Of a DNA stretch of 32,000 nt, positions 23,129-32,000 are shown one piece after another. The DNA is taken from positions 349,330 to 381,329 of the forward strand of contig JAFKKF010000007.1 of assembly GCA_017305635.1 (NCBI GenBank). The letters run 5' to 3'. A program made the translations under genes and the position numbers. Every line of letters starts with the position of its first letter. Position 1 is the first letter of the stretch. This DNA is from Hyphomicrobiales bacterium. Lineage in GTDB: Bacteria; Pseudomonadota; Alphaproteobacteria; Rhizobiales; Kaistiaceae. Below the pieces are notes generated by a model. It was given only the letters and a program-made list of their open reading frames with translations, made no database searches and was not told the DNA's origin.

Positions 23129-25563
23129 GGTAGTTTCTCCTTCAGGGTGAGCGTTGGGATGAGGTCGACCGCCCAGCCGAGGTCGCGGTGGCGGAGCCAG
23201 GCGGCGAGGAAGCCGGCCTGCCCATGTTCGGCGGTGAGCCGGGCGATCGCGGCCTGATCGGTTTTGGAAGAGGCGGCGCAGAGCGCGAGGGCGACGTCGG
23301 AAAGCCCCAGCTCGAACAGGCGGTTGCCGCGCCGGGACTGACAGTAATAATCGCGCTTGGGCATGGCCCGCGCGATGATCTCGATCTGTCGGTCGTTGAG
23401 GCCGAAGCGGCGATAGATCGCGGTGATCTGCGGTTCGATGGCCCGTTCGTTCGGCAGTAGCAGCCGAGTCTGGCAGCTCTCGATGATGGCCGGCGCGATG
23501 GCGGAGCCGTCGATGTCGGAAAGCGACTGCGTGGCGAAGACGACGCTGGCGTTCTTCTTGCGCAGCGTCTTCAGCCATTCGCGGAGCTGGCCGGCGAAGC
23601 CCTCGTCGTCGAGCGCGAGCCAGCCCTCGTCGATGATGAGCAGGGTCGGCGATCCGTCGAGGCGATCCTCGACGCGGTGAAAGAGGTAGGAAAGGACGGC
23701 GGGCGCGGCGCCGGTGCCGATCAGACCCTCAGTCTCGAACGCCTGGACGGTGGCCGTGCCGAGCTGCTCGCGCTCGGCGTCCAGCAGGCGACCGTAGGGG
23801 CCGCCGATGCAATAGGCGCGCAGCGCCTGTTTCAGGTCATTGGACTGGAGCAGGACGCACAGGCCGGTGATGGTGCGTTCCTCGACCGGCGCGGAGGCCA
23901 GCGAGGTCAGCGCCGTCCAGACGTGCTCCTTCACCTCCGGGCTGATGGCGACGCCTTCGCGGATCAGGATGGCGACGATCCAGTCGGCGGCCCAAGCGCG
24001 TTCGGAAACGTCGTGGACGCGGGCCAGCGGCTGGAGGCTGACCGAGGTTTGCGAGCCGTCGGAAAGATCGCCGCCGAGGTCGTGCCAGTCGCCGCCCATG
24101 GCCAGCGCCGCCGCCCGGATCGATCCGCCGAAATCGAAGGCGAAGACCTGAGCGTCGGCATAGCGGCGGAACTGCAAGGCCATCAGCGCCAGCAGCACGG
24201 ATTTGCCGGCGCCGGTCGGGCCGACGATCAACGTATGGCCGACGTCGCCGACGTGGAGGGAAAACCGGAACGGGGTCGAGCCCTCGGTCTTGCCGAAGAG
24301 CAGTGGGGGCGCTGCAAAATGCTCGTCCCGTTCCGGCCCCGCCCACACCGCCGAAAGCGGGATCATGTGGGCGAGATTGAGAGTCGAGATCGGCGGCTGC
24401 CGGACATTGGCGTAAACGTGCCCCGGCAGGCTGCCGAGCCAGGCGTCCACCGCGTTGATGGTCTCCGCCATCGCCGTGAAGTCGCGGCCCTGGATGACCT
24501 TTTCGACCAGGCGCAGCTTCTCGTCGGCGGCGCGTGGATCGGTGTCCCACACCGTCACCGTCGCGGTGACATAGGCGATACCCGCATAGTCGGCGCCGAG
24601 TTCCTGAAGCGCGAGGTCGGCGTCGGCTGCCTTGTTCGACGCATCGGTGTCCATCAGGACGGACGCCTCGTTGGTCATCACCTCCTTGAGGATGGCGGCG
24701 ACCGACTTGCGCTTGGCGAACCACTGCCGGCGGATCTTGGTCAGCAGCTTGGTCGCGTCGGTCTTGTCGAGCAGGATCGCGCGAGTGCTCCACCGATAGG
24801 GGAAGGCAAGCCGGTTCAGCTCGTCGAGGAGGCCCGGCGTGGTGGCGGTCGGAAAGCCGGTGACGGTGAGGATGCGCAGATGCGCCCGCCCGAGGCGCGG
24901 CTCGAGCCCGCCCGACAGCGGCTGGTCGGCCAGCAGAGCATCGAGATAGATCGGCGTCTCGGGAACGCGGACACGGTGCCGCTGCGGGGAGACGCAGCCA
25001 TGCAGATAGGTCAGCGTCTCGCCGTCATCGAGCCACCGGCATTCGGGCATGAAGGCTTCGACTAGGCGCAGCAGCCGGTCGGTGCGGTCTATGAAGCCGC
25101 CCAGCGCCTCGTGCGGATCGAGGCCCTTTTGTTCGCGGCCTTCGTAGAGCCAGCTTTCGGCGCGGGCAGCGTCTTCGGCCGGCGGCAACCAGGCGAAGGT
25201 GAGGAAATAGCTGGACTCGAAATGCGCGCCGGCTTCCTCGAAATCGGCTTTGCGCTCGGCGTCGACCAGCGCGGAGGCCGCATCGGGAAAATGGCTGTCG
25301 GGATAGCGGTTGGAGGGATGGCGCTGCGCTTCGACGAAGATCGCCCAGCCCGAGCCCAGACGGCGGAAGGCGTTATTGAGGCGGCCGGCGACCGCGACCA
25401 GCTCGGCGGGGACCGCCGAATCGAGATCGGGTCCGCGGAAGCGCGCGGTACGTTGGAAGCTGCCGTCCTTGTTGAGCACGACGCCGGGGCCGATCAGCGC
25501 CGCCCAGGGCAGGAAGTCGGCGAGCCGAGCGTTCTTGTCGCGATATTCGGCGAGGTTCATCAT
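23125..25563 (-). CDS. trbE: Conjugal transfer ATPase TrbE (VirB4 family)
   Basis: Credible start ATGATG at 25563: MMNLAEYRDKNARLADFLPWAALIGPGVVLNKDGSFQRTARFRGPDLDS... Walker A VGPTGAGKS and Walker B LLIIDEGW. The upstream part of the 927-aa track ORF overlaps trbD and trbC. Confidence 0.9.
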   Translation of the reverse strand: MMNLAEYRDKNARLADFLPWAALIGPGVVLNKDGSFQRTARFRGPDLDSAVPAELVAVAGRLNNAFRRLGSGWAIFVEAQRHPSNRYPDSHFPDAASALVDAERKADFEEAGAHFESSYFLTFAWLPPAEDAARAESWLYEGREQKGLDPHEALGGFIDRTDRLLRLVEAFMPECRWLDDGETLTYLHGCVSPQRHRVRVPETPIYLDALLADQPLSGGLEPRLGRAHLRILTVTGFPTATTPGLLDELNRLAFPYRWSTRAILLDKTDATKLLTKIRRQWFAKRKSVAAILKEVMTNEASVLMDTDASNKAADADLALQELGADYAGIAYVTATVTVWDTDPRAADEKLRLVEKVIQGRDFTAMAETINAVDAWLGSLPGHVYANVRQPPISTLNLAHMIPLSAVWAGPERDEHFAAPPLLFGKTEGSTPFRFSLHVGDVGHTLIVGPTGAGKSVLLALMALQFRRYADAQVFAFDFGGSIRAAALAMGGDWHDLGGDLSDGSQTSVSLQPLARVHDVSERAWAADWIVAILIREGVAISPEVKEHVWTALTSLASAPVEERTITGLCVLLQSNDLKQALRAYCIGGPYGRLLDAEREQLGTATVQAFETEGLIGTGAAPAVLSYLFHRVEDRLDGSPTLLIIDEGWLALDDEGFAGQLREWLKTLRKKNASVVFATQSLSDIDGSAIAPAIIESCQTRLLLPNERAIEPQITAIYRRFGLNDRQIEIIARAMPKRDYYCQSRRGNRLFELGLSDVALALCAASSKTDQAAIARLTAEHGQAGFLAAWLRHRDLGWAVDLIPTLTLKEKLP

Positions 25564-25577
25564 CGGCGCGCTCCCGC

Positions 25578-25850
25578 TCAGACCGTGAGGTGCGCGGGGA
25601 TGCGCAGGTGGCGGCGGCCGACATCGACGAACAGCGGATCGCGCTTGGCCGCCCACACCGCGGCGACGTGGCCGACGGCCCAGATGACGATGCCGACCAG
25701 CCAGAGGCGCAGGCCGAGGCCGAGCGCGCCCGCCAGCGTGCCGTTCATGATGGCGAGCGCGCGCGGCGCGCCGCCGAGCAGGATCGGCTCGGACAACGCC
25801 CGGTGGACCGGCACGGTGAAGCCCGGCAGATCGTCGGCCCCACCCAGCAT
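25578..25850 (-). CDS. trbD: Conjugal transfer protein TrbD (VirB3 family)
   Basis: 90 aa. VHRALSEPILLGGAPRALAIMNGTLAGALGLGLRLWLVG...AAKRDPLF is typical TrbD. Positioned between trbC and trbE. Confidence 0.85.
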   Translation of the reverse strand: MLGGADDLPGFTVPVHRALSEPILLGGAPRALAIMNGTLAGALGLGLRLWLVGIVIWAVGHVAAVWAAKRDPLFVDVGRRHLRIPAHLTV

Positions 25851-26182
25851 CAGACCAGCGCTCCGCCGCCGAAGGAGAAGAACGACAGGAAGAAGCTCGA
25901 CGCCGCAAAGGCGATCGACAGGCCGAACACGATCTGGATCAGCCGCCGGAAGCCGCCGGACGTGTCGCCGAAGGCGAGCGTCAGGCCGGTCATGATGATG
26001 ATGATGACCGCGACGATCTTGGCGACCGGGCCTTCGATCGACTCCAGAATGGATTGCAGCGGCGCCTCCCAGGGCATCGACGAGCCGGAGGCATGGGCGG
26101 GCGCGGCCATCGCCACGGAGAGCGCGGCGACGGACAGCGCCGCGAAGAGGCGGCGATGGGCGTGGTGCAGGCTTTGGATCAC
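25850..26182 (-). CDS. trbC: TrbC/VirB2-family pilin
   Basis: The last 110 codons of the 462-aa track ORF. GTG at 26182 preceded by AAGGAGAAA, overlapping the trbB stop (GTGA). Signal peptide ...AAPAHASG, then [61 protein letters not shown], the two-TM pilin pattern. Confidence 0.8.
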   Translation of the reverse strand: MIQSLHHAHRRLFAALSVAALSVAMAAPAHASGSSMPWEAPLQSILESIEGPVAKIVAVIIIIMTGLTLAFGDTSGGFRRLIQIVFGLSIAFAASSFFLSFFSFGGGALV

Positions 26183-27210
26183 GATGTTTCTCCTTCGGGG
26201 CTGGCGGGGATGAGAGCGGCGGCGGGGTCGCCGCTCCTGGAGACCGGGGCGCTGACGGCGGGCGCGACGCGGTAGTCGCCGTCCGGACCGAGGCCCTCGA
26301 CGCGAACGAGTTCGGAGAGCCGGCGCGCGGCTCCGCGGCCGGACAGTACGGCGACGAGATCGATCGTCTCGGCGATCAGCGCGCGCGGGACGGTGACGAC
26401 GGCTTCCTGGATGAGCTGTTCCATGCGCCGCAGCGCGCCGATGGCGCTGCCGGCGTGGATCGTGCCGACGCCGCCGGGATGGCCGGTGCCCCAGGCTTTG
26501 AGCAGATCGAGCGCCTCGGCTCCGCGCACCTCGCCGACCGGGATACGGTCGGGGCGCAGGCGAAGCGAGGAGCGGACGAGATCGGAAAGCGAGGCGACGC
26601 CGTCCATGGTCCGCATGGCGACGAGGTTGGGCGCGGCGCATTGCAGCTCGCGGGTGTCCTCGATGATGACGACGCGATCGGCGGTCTTGGCGACCTCGGC
26701 GAGCAGCGCATTGGTCAGCGTGGTCTTGCCGGTCGAGGTGCCGCCGGCGACGAGGATGTTGGCGCGGGCCGCGACGCCCACGCGCAGCGTCTCGGCCTGC
26801 GTAACCGACATGATCCCGGCGGCGACGTAATTGTCGAGCGTGAAGACGGCGACGGCGGGCTTCCTGATGGCGAACGCCGGGGCGGCGACCACGGGCGGCA
26901 GCAGCCCCTCGAACCGCTCCCCCGTCTCGGGCAGTTCGGCCGACACGCGCGGGGCGCCGGCATGAACCTCGGCGCCGACATGGTGCGCGACCAGGCGCAC
27001 GATGCGTTCGCCATCGGCCGGCGCCAACCGCTCGCCGGTGTCGGCCAGCCCCTCCGAGAGGCGGTCGATCCAGATGCGACCGTCGGGGTTCAGCATCACC
27101 TCGACGACCGCGGCGTCTTCGAGGAACCGGGCGATGGCGGGGCCGAGCGCGGTGCGCAGCATCCGCGCGCCGCGCGCCCATCCTTCCGAATTGCTCCGAG
27201 AAATCGCCAT
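26179..27210 (-). CDS. trbB: P-type conjugative transfer ATPase TrbB (VirB11 family)
   Basis: 343 aa. Walker [11 protein letters not shown], plus [10 protein letters not shown] and [27 protein letters not shown] motifs of VirB11/TrbB secretion ATPases. Confidence 0.9.
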   Translation of the reverse strand: MAISRSNSEGWARGARMLRTALGPAIARFLEDAAVVEVMLNPDGRIWIDRLSEGLADTGERLAPADGERIVRLVAHHVGAEVHAGAPRVSAELPETGERFEGLLPPVVAAPAFAIRKPAVAVFTLDNYVAAGIMSVTQAETLRVGVAARANILVAGGTSTGKTTLTNALLAEVAKTADRVVIIEDTRELQCAAPNLVAMRTMDGVASLSDLVRSSLRLRPDRIPVGEVRGAEALDLLKAWGTGHPGGVGTIHAGSAIGALRRMEQLIQEAVVTVPRALIAETIDLVAVLSGRGAARRLSELVRVEGLGPDGDYRVAPAVSAPVSRSGDPAAALIPASPEGETS

Positions 27211-27378
27211 TCCATCCCCGCTTCGGCCGGGGAGACATCGAACGGTTCCCGGACGGGGATGATTAAAAGAGCCAGAAATCAGGCCGGCTCAACAAGGATT
27301 TGCGAGTGTAGTGGCCTAGCGTGCAAATACAGGAGAACGGCGGGATTGGCTCGGTGGACCTGAACCCCACTGCGTTCT

Positions 27379-27816
27379 TCAATCTGGCTCGACGGCTCCG
27401 CTGCGCCTCGAGTCGATGTCGCGCGACAGGTCTTTCAAGAAGCGATCCCCGGTCGCCAGCTTCCGGCCGAGCGTTTGCAGGAAGCTCTCGAACCGCTCGA
27501 CGCCCTTGGCGCGCGCCGACGCCTGGGCGCTGTCGGGCAAGGGCGGCGTGATGGTCAGCCAGAAGCGGATGAACAGCGATAGCGTCTCGCCGAGAATGGC
27601 GAGGTCTTCGTCCATGCCGTCGATCTGGCGGCCGATCCGGTCCATGCGGTGGGCGAAGACCGCCTCCAGACGTTCCGAAGCGTCGGCCGAGAGGAAGGAG
27701 GCGACCGCGGCCTCGATGACGGCGGATTTGGAGATGCGCCGCCGCAGCGCCAGGGCCTCGACCTTCTTGAGGAGATCGGGATCGAAATAGACGTTCATGC
27801 GGGTCTTGGTCTGCAT
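27379..27816 (-). CDS. Ribbon-helix-helix (CopG-family) protein between traG and trbB
   Basis: MQTKTRMNVYFDPDLLKKVEALALRRRISKSAVIEAAVASFL is an RHH beta-strand plus helix-helix pattern. I prefer the start at ATG 27816, avoiding overlap with the traG stop at 27828. Confidence 0.7.
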   Translation of the reverse strand: MQTKTRMNVYFDPDLLKKVEALALRRRISKSAVIEAAVASFLSADASERLEAVFAHRMDRIGRQIDGMDEDLAILGETLSLFIRFWLTITPPLPDSAQASARAKGVERFESFLQTLGRKLATGDRFLKDLSRDIDSRRSGAVEPD

Positions 27817-27827
27817 GGCCAGCCCTT

Positions 27828-29819
27828 TCACAACGCGATGCCGTCGTCCGGGTCCATCGTTGCCTGGCGCGCGACCGATGTCACCCGAAGGCGCAGGTTG
27901 CGGGCCTTCGCGGCGTCGAGGTCGGGTTCGTCGTCGAGGAGGTCGAACTCGCCGACGGCCGGGCGCTCGGGCGGCGTGATCTCCTCGTGTTCGGGCAGTC
28001 CCGGTTCACGACGGATGCCGGCGTTGGCCGGATCGGCGATGTCGCCGAGCGCACGGGCCGCACTTGCGGCCGCCACAGCGGCGGGGACCGGCAGCGCCGA
28101 CCAGTCATCGCCGGGGCGCGTTGTCGCTCGTTTCGCGCTTCCAAGTTTCGGCGGCGGGACGATGCGTTCGCGGAATCGCGCATCCTCATAGTAGCGCGCC
28201 TTCTTCGCCCGCACCGGCGGCACGCCTGCGACCAGCAGCAATTCGTCGGCGGGCGGCAGCTGCATCACCTCGCCGGGGGTGAGCAACGGTCGGGCCGTCT
28301 CCTGCCGCGACACCATCAGATGCCCGAGCCACGGGGACAGCCGGTGGCCGGCGTAATTGGTGGAATCGCGCAGCTCGGTCGCGGTGCCGAGCGCGTCCGA
28401 CACCCGCTTGGCGGTGCGTTCGTCGTTGGTGGCGAAGGCGACGCGCACATGACAATTGTCGAGCACGCTATTGTTCGCGCCATAGGCCTTTTCGATCTGG
28501 TTGAGGCTCTGGGCGATCAGGAAGGATTTGATGCCGTAGCCGGCCATGAACGCCAGGGCGGACTCGAAGAAATCGAGCCGGCCGAGCGCCGGGAACTCGT
28601 CCAGCATCAGCAACAGTCGATGGCGGTCACCCGACGTCTTCAGATCTTCGGTCAGCCGCCGTCCGACCTGGTTGAGCAGCAGGCGGATCAGCGGCTTGGT
28701 GCGGTTGATGTCGCTGGGCGGGACGACGAGATAGAGGCTGACGGGTTTGTCGCCCGTCACCAGATCGGCGATGCGCCAGTCGCAGCGCGCCGTCACCTTG
28801 GCCACGACCGGATCGCGGTAGAGGCCAAGAAACGACATGGCGGTGGACAGCACGCCCGAGCGTTCGTTGTCGCTCTTGTTCAGCAGTTCGCGGGCCGACG
28901 AGGCGATCACGGGATGGACGCCGGCGTCGCCCAGGTGCGGCGTGTTCATCATGGCGCGCAGCGTCGCCTCGACGGGGCGTTTGGGGTCGGAGAGGAAGTT
29001 GGCGACGCCGGCGAGGGTTTTGTCGGCTTCCGCGTAGAGGACATGCAGGATCGCGCCGACCAGGAGCGAGTGGCTGGTCTTTTCCCAATGATTGCGCTTC
29101 TCGAGCGCGCCTTCGGGGTCGACGAGAATATCGGCGATGTTCTGGACGTCGCGGACTTCCTTGTCGCCGCGCCGCACCTCGAGCAGGGGGTTGTAGGCCG
29201 ACGAGGCCGGGTCGGTCGGATCGAACAACAACACGCGGCCATGGCGGGAGCGGAAGCCGGCGGTCAGACCCCAATTCTCGCCTTTGATGTCGTGGATGAT
29301 CGTGCTGCCGGGCCAGGTCAGCAGGGTCGGCACGACGAGACCCACGCCCTTGCCCGATCGGGTCGGCGCGAAGCACAAGACATGCTCCGGGCCGTCGTGC
29401 CGGAGATAGTCACGCTCGTAGCGGCCGAGGACCACGCCGTCGGCGCCGAGCAATCCGGCGGCCCTGATCTCGCCGGGCTCGGCCCAGCGCGCCGAGCCAT
29501 AGGTGATGACGTTCTTGGCCTCCCGCGCGCGGATCACCGAGAGGGTGATGGCGACGATGATCGAGATGAAACCGCCCGAGACCGCGATAGTGGCGCCTTC
29601 GAGGAAGACTTGGGGCGCATAGGCGTCGTAGCAATACCACCACCAGAAGAAGAGCGGCGGGTAATAGACCGGCCAGCCCGCGACCGCGAACCAGGGCTGG
29701 CCGAGCTGCGCCTGAAAGCCCAGACGCCACGCCGTCCACTCCGTCGCACACCAGATGGCGGTGAGCACGATCGACAGAACCAGGGCGACTTGTCCCCAGA
29801 GGACGCGGCTTCCAGACAT
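27828..29819 (-). CDS. traG: Type IV coupling protein TraG (VirD4 family)
   Basis: Credible start ATG 29819: MSGSRVLWGQVALVLSIVLTAIWCATEWTAWRLGFQAQLGQPWF... Walker A FAPTRSGKGVGLVVPT and Walker B LLLMLDEF. The upstream 127 codons of the 790-aa track ORF run into the relaxase gene and are rejected. Confidence 0.9.
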   Translation of the reverse strand: MSGSRVLWGQVALVLSIVLTAIWCATEWTAWRLGFQAQLGQPWFAVAGWPVYYPPLFFWWWYCYDAYAPQVFLEGATIAVSGGFISIIVAITLSVIRAREAKNVITYGSARWAEPGEIRAAGLLGADGVVLGRYERDYLRHDGPEHVLCFAPTRSGKGVGLVVPTLLTWPGSTIIHDIKGENWGLTAGFRSRHGRVLLFDPTDPASSAYNPLLEVRRGDKEVRDVQNIADILVDPEGALEKRNHWEKTSHSLLVGAILHVLYAEADKTLAGVANFLSDPKRPVEATLRAMMNTPHLGDAGVHPVIASSARELLNKSDNERSGVLSTAMSFLGLYRDPVVAKVTARCDWRIADLVTGDKPVSLYLVVPPSDINRTKPLIRLLLNQVGRRLTEDLKTSGDRHRLLLMLDEFPALGRLDFFESALAFMAGYGIKSFLIAQSLNQIEKAYGANNSVLDNCHVRVAFATNDERTAKRVSDALGTATELRDSTNYAGHRLSPWLGHLMVSRQETARPLLTPGEVMQLPPADELLLVAGVPPVRAKKARYYEDARFRERIVPPPKLGSAKRATTRPGDDWSALPVPAAVAAASAARALGDIADPANAGIRREPGLPEHEEITPPERPAVGEFDLLDDEPDLDAAKARNLRLRVTSVARQATMDPDDGIAL

Positions 29820-29823
29820 AAGA

Positions 29824-29857
29824 CTCCGATCGGCAAATGAGATGGAGCCGATCAGAG
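29824..29857 (-). promoter_or_regulatory. Imperfect 11-bp inverted repeat (hairpin) immediately upstream of the traG start
   Basis: CTCCGATCGGC (29824-29834) and GCCGATCAGAG (29847-29857) are reverse complements at 10 of 11 positions, with a 12-nt loop. On the minus-strand RNA the 3' arm contains the GGAG that is the only SD candidate for the traG ATG at 29819. Confidence 0.3.
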
Positions 29858-29997
29858 AATATCCGCTTTGCCGAGACGCAACATAAAAGCCCGCGCGTCG
29901 AGCTTTCGGATGCCATGGCTGACAAAACGGAGGGGCACGCCGCGTCGAGCCGGTCGTCATCTGGCCGACGCGCAGCATCGTCACCGCAAAGCTGCCG

Positions 29998-32000
29998 TCA
30001 CATCGCCAATCCTCTTTGCCGGCCCACCTGCCATGAGACCGAACCGCCTTGCACGACGCCGATGACTTCCCGGCCGAGCTGGCGGTCGATGACCGGCCGC
30101 CAGGGGACCAGGGTGAACTCGTGGGACTTCTCGACGATGGCGAATTTGCCGCTCGCCAGCTGGGTGGTGCCGGTAAAGGCGCCGGTGACGGTCTCGCCAT
30201 CGGTCGCCATGCGGAACGGCAGCGCCATCCTCGTCGCCAGCTCTTCTCCGGCGCGGGCGACGTCCCGGTCGCGCAGGGCGGCGATCAGGTTGCGCCGGTA
30301 AGCGATGCGACCGTCCGGCTGGCGGGCGGCGTCGCCGTGGTCGAGATGATGATCGCGGCGTCGCTCCATGGCCTCGCGCACCTGGTCGCCGAAGCCCGCG
30401 GGTGACAGGTCGGCGGCGCCCGCGCCGACCAGACGCCGGTCGAGCCAGGTCGCGCCATCGGACCCGATCTGGTGTTCGAGGTCGAAGGTCGAGAGGATGC
30501 GGACATTGGCGCGGGCGTTGCGCCCCGCGTCATGAGCGGCGGCTCTCGCCTCGAAGTTGGTCGGGATACGCCATTGATCGGCGTCGATGCGCTCGACGAT
30601 CCCGGCGCGGCGCAACGCCTCCAATCTTCGGACATGGGCGTCGATGAAGCCCTCATGGTCGCCGCTTGGCACACGCCCGTCGAACCGGGCCTGTTCGAGA
30701 TGGCGGCTCGGCCGGTAGATGCCGTCCTCGGTCATGCCGGCGATCGCGCGGTCGGATGGGCGTGGGGCGGCGTCGGGCGCCCCTATCTCGACGATGCTGC
30801 CGATGCGGGCGTCCTCGACGCGAGCCGGGTCGATCCCGGAGACATGGTGCGTGCGACCATCGATGCCATCGACGACCAGCGTCAGGGTCTCGCCGAGTTC
30901 GTCCGAGAGGCCCTTGTCGATGACGCGGCCGACGATCGGCGAGGCCGGCGCCGCGTCATGGATCTGGAAGCTCATCGGGTCGCGCTCGGCGCCCTCGGCC
31001 CGCAGCGCCTGTTGCATGGTGCGGATGATGTCGCCGCGCTCGCCCATCTCACGCAAGGTCGGCTCGAGCCGGTCGCTCAATTCCCAGACGCCGGGCGCAT
31101 GTTCGGTCGCAAGGCCCATGTCGCCGAGCTTGCCCAGGCGGCGCAGGCGCAGCGTTCGGTCGGACTGGCCGCGAAGGTCGCCCGGCTCCTGACGCAGGTC
31201 GATGAGCCGGTCCTCGGCTTCGGCGATCAAGGCCCGGTCGATCCGGGTCAGCCGATCCTGATCGAGCTCGGCGAGGAGCTTGCGGCGCTGCTCGATCTCG
31301 GTGACGGGACCGAGTTCGAGCGTCGCCCGTTCGCTCGCCCGCTCGCGGATGCCGCCCGCGAGATAGTCGCCATTGATGACGAGATCCTGGCCCAGGTCAT
31401 CGCGGCCGTTGACGATGACATGGACATGCGGATGACCGGTGTTGTGGTGGTTCACCGCGACCCAATCGAGCTTCGTGCCGAGATCGGTTTCGAGCCGGGC
31501 CATCAGATCGCGGGCATAGCCGGTGAGGTCGGTCAGCTCGGCGGCGTCTTCCGGTGAGACGATGAACCGGAACTGGTGGCGATCGTCCTGGCCGCGATCG
31601 AGAAAGGCTTGCGGATCGGCCCGGTCCTCCGTCGCCGAGTAGAGGCGGCCGCGTTCGCCGTCGCGGGCCGTGCCGTCGCGCTGGATGTAGCGCAGGTGGG
31701 CGGCGGCTTTGCCGCTGCGGCCGGCGAGACGCACCGAGCGGGATTTGACGACGACGCGCCGGCTGCCGGGCTGGCGATGACTCCAACCGTTCGACAGATT
31801 GCGGGCGCGCACGAAGGATACCCCGCGCCCGCGTTGCACGCCGCGGCCGGAAGCGACGAGCTTCGCTGACCGACCGGCGCCGCCCTTCGCGGTCCGGCTC
31901 CGGCCGGGGCCTGACTGCTGCTGCCGGGCGATCTTGCGGACCTTGCTGAGGAAGCTCTTCGCCTGGCCCGTCTTGGCGCCGTTGGAGCGGATGCGGCCGG
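29998..32000 (-). CDS. Conjugative relaxase (VirD2-like N-terminal relaxase domain plus DUF3363-type C-terminus); 5' end beyond the right edge
   Basis: The frame stays open upstream of the track GTG at 31839 to the window edge (...GRIRSNGAKTGQAKSFLSKVRKIARQQQSGPGRSRTAKGGAGRSAKLVASGRGVQRGRGVSF...). His-triad relaxase motif VNHHNTGHPHVHVIVNG. RVVVKSRSVRL...AAHLRYIQRDG is typical of this ICE relaxase family. Confidence 0.85.
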   Translation of the reverse strand, partial: GRIRSNGAKTGQAKSFLSKVRKIARQQQSGPGRSRTAKGGAGRSAKLVASGRGVQRGRGVSFVRARNLSNGWSHRQPGSRRVVVKSRSVRLAGRSGKAAAHLRYIQRDGTARDGERGRLYSATEDRADPQAFLDRGQDDRHQFRFIVSPEDAAELTDLTGYARDLMARLETDLGTKLDWVAVNHHNTGHPHVHVIVNGRDDLGQDLVINGDYLAGGIRERASERATLELGPVTEIEQRRKLLAELDQDRLTRIDRALIAEAEDRLIDLRQEPGDLRGQSDRTLRLRRLGKLGDMGLATEHAPGVWELSDRLEPTLREMGERGDIIRTMQQALRAEGAERDPMSFQIHDAAPASPIVGRVIDKGLSDELGETLTLVVDGIDGRTHHVSGIDPARVEDARIGSIVEIGAPDAAPRPSDRAIAGMTEDGIYRPSRHLEQARFDGRVPSGDHEGFIDAHVRRLEALRRAGIVERIDADQWRIPTNFEARAAAHDAGRNARANVRILSTFDLEHQIGSDGATWLDRRLVGAGAADLSPAGFGDQVREAMERRRDHHLDHGDAARQPDGRIAYRRNLIAALRDRDVARAGEELATRMALPFRMATDGETVTGAFTGTTQLASGKFAIVEKSHEFTLVPWRPVIDRQLGREVIGVVQGGSVSWQVGRQRGLAM

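Larger units (their letters stand above)
17398..32000 (-). mobile_element. Conjugation module (Mpf Trb-type T4SS, coupling protein and relaxase) of an ICE or conjugative plasmid; the element probably spans the whole window
   Basis: Uninterrupted collinear order relaxase-traG-RHH-trbBCDEJ(K)LFGI-DUF2274, with 1-4 nt overlaps between most genes, as in Tn4371-like ICEs. No integrase, att site or replication gene is visible in this window, so ICE versus plasmid cannot be decided. Confidence 0.75.

Noticed and set aside
21173-23257. 694-aa plus-strand ORF across trbL, trbK and trbJ
   Set aside because: It is antisense to three recognisable T4SS genes. Its translation is a highly charged, low-complexity R/G/E/D-rich sequence.
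23125-27238. Over-extended track ORFs of 927 aa (23125-25908) and 462 aa (25850-27238)
   Set aside because: Their N-terminal extensions overlap trbD/trbC and trbB in other frames. Conserved TrbE and TrbC sequences begin at 25563 and 26182 respectively, each with a sensible SD and overlap geometry.
27298-27328. 6-bp inverted repeat ATTTGC-N19-GCAAAT upstream of trbB, a possible RHH operator or promoter
   Set aside because: It is too short and too widely spaced to distinguish from chance by eye. The -35/-10-like hexamers on the minus strand are weak.
29820-30200. N-terminal 127 codons of the 790-aa traG track ORF
   Set aside because: This part overlaps the 3' end of the relaxase gene and lacks TraG similarity. 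The conserved TraG N-terminus (MSGSRVLWGQ...) starts at 29819.
23677-31557. Long plus-strand ORFs at 23677-25065 (462 aa), 25111-25995 (294 aa), 26455-27363 (302 aa), 27987-29840 (617 aa) and 30472-31557 (361 aa)
   Set aside because: All are antisense to trbE, trbD/C, trbB, traG and the relaxase gene. They have G/R/A/D-rich composition and no motifs.
1-32000. Searched for CRISPR arrays, tRNA/rRNA genes, IS elements with terminal inverted repeats, and integrase or att sites
   Set aside because: I recognised no regularly spaced direct repeats, no tRNA-like cloverleaf segments, and no transposase or integrase-like ORFs by eye. Short repeats could be missed without computation.

Overview
High-GC proteobacterial-type DNA that reads as part of an integrative conjugative element (ICE) or conjugative plasmid. 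There are three blocks. (1) 1-3776, minus strand: a translationally coupled pair, a PD-(D/E)xK AddB-like nuclease and a UvrD/AddA-like helicase (helicase truncated by the left edge). (2) 3777-16388, plus strand: a six-gene, tightly coupled operon that looks like a composite anti-phage or anti-MGE system. It encodes a BrxR-like wHTH-WYL regulator, an SNF2 helicase fused to a DUF3883 nuclease-like domain, an ASCH-domain protein with an unassigned C-terminal domain, a DUF4917 (SIR2-like) protein, a DUF1156 DPPY amino-methyltransferase, and a Swt1-like-HEPN + DUF499 P-loop ATPase. This is the most interesting part of the window. (3) 16503-32000: a LysR regulator followed, on the minus strand, by a complete P-type (Trb) type IV secretion and conjugation module: DUF2274, TrbI, G, F, L, K-alt, J, E, D, C, B, a CopG/RHH protein, the TraG coupling protein, and a relaxase with a DUF3363-type C-terminus (5' end off the right edge). 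I saw no rRNA, tRNA or CRISPR array. Many long ORFs in the supplied track are antisense or out-of-frame shadow ORFs typical of high-GC DNA and were rejected. All domain calls come from reading motifs in the translations; no database search was possible.
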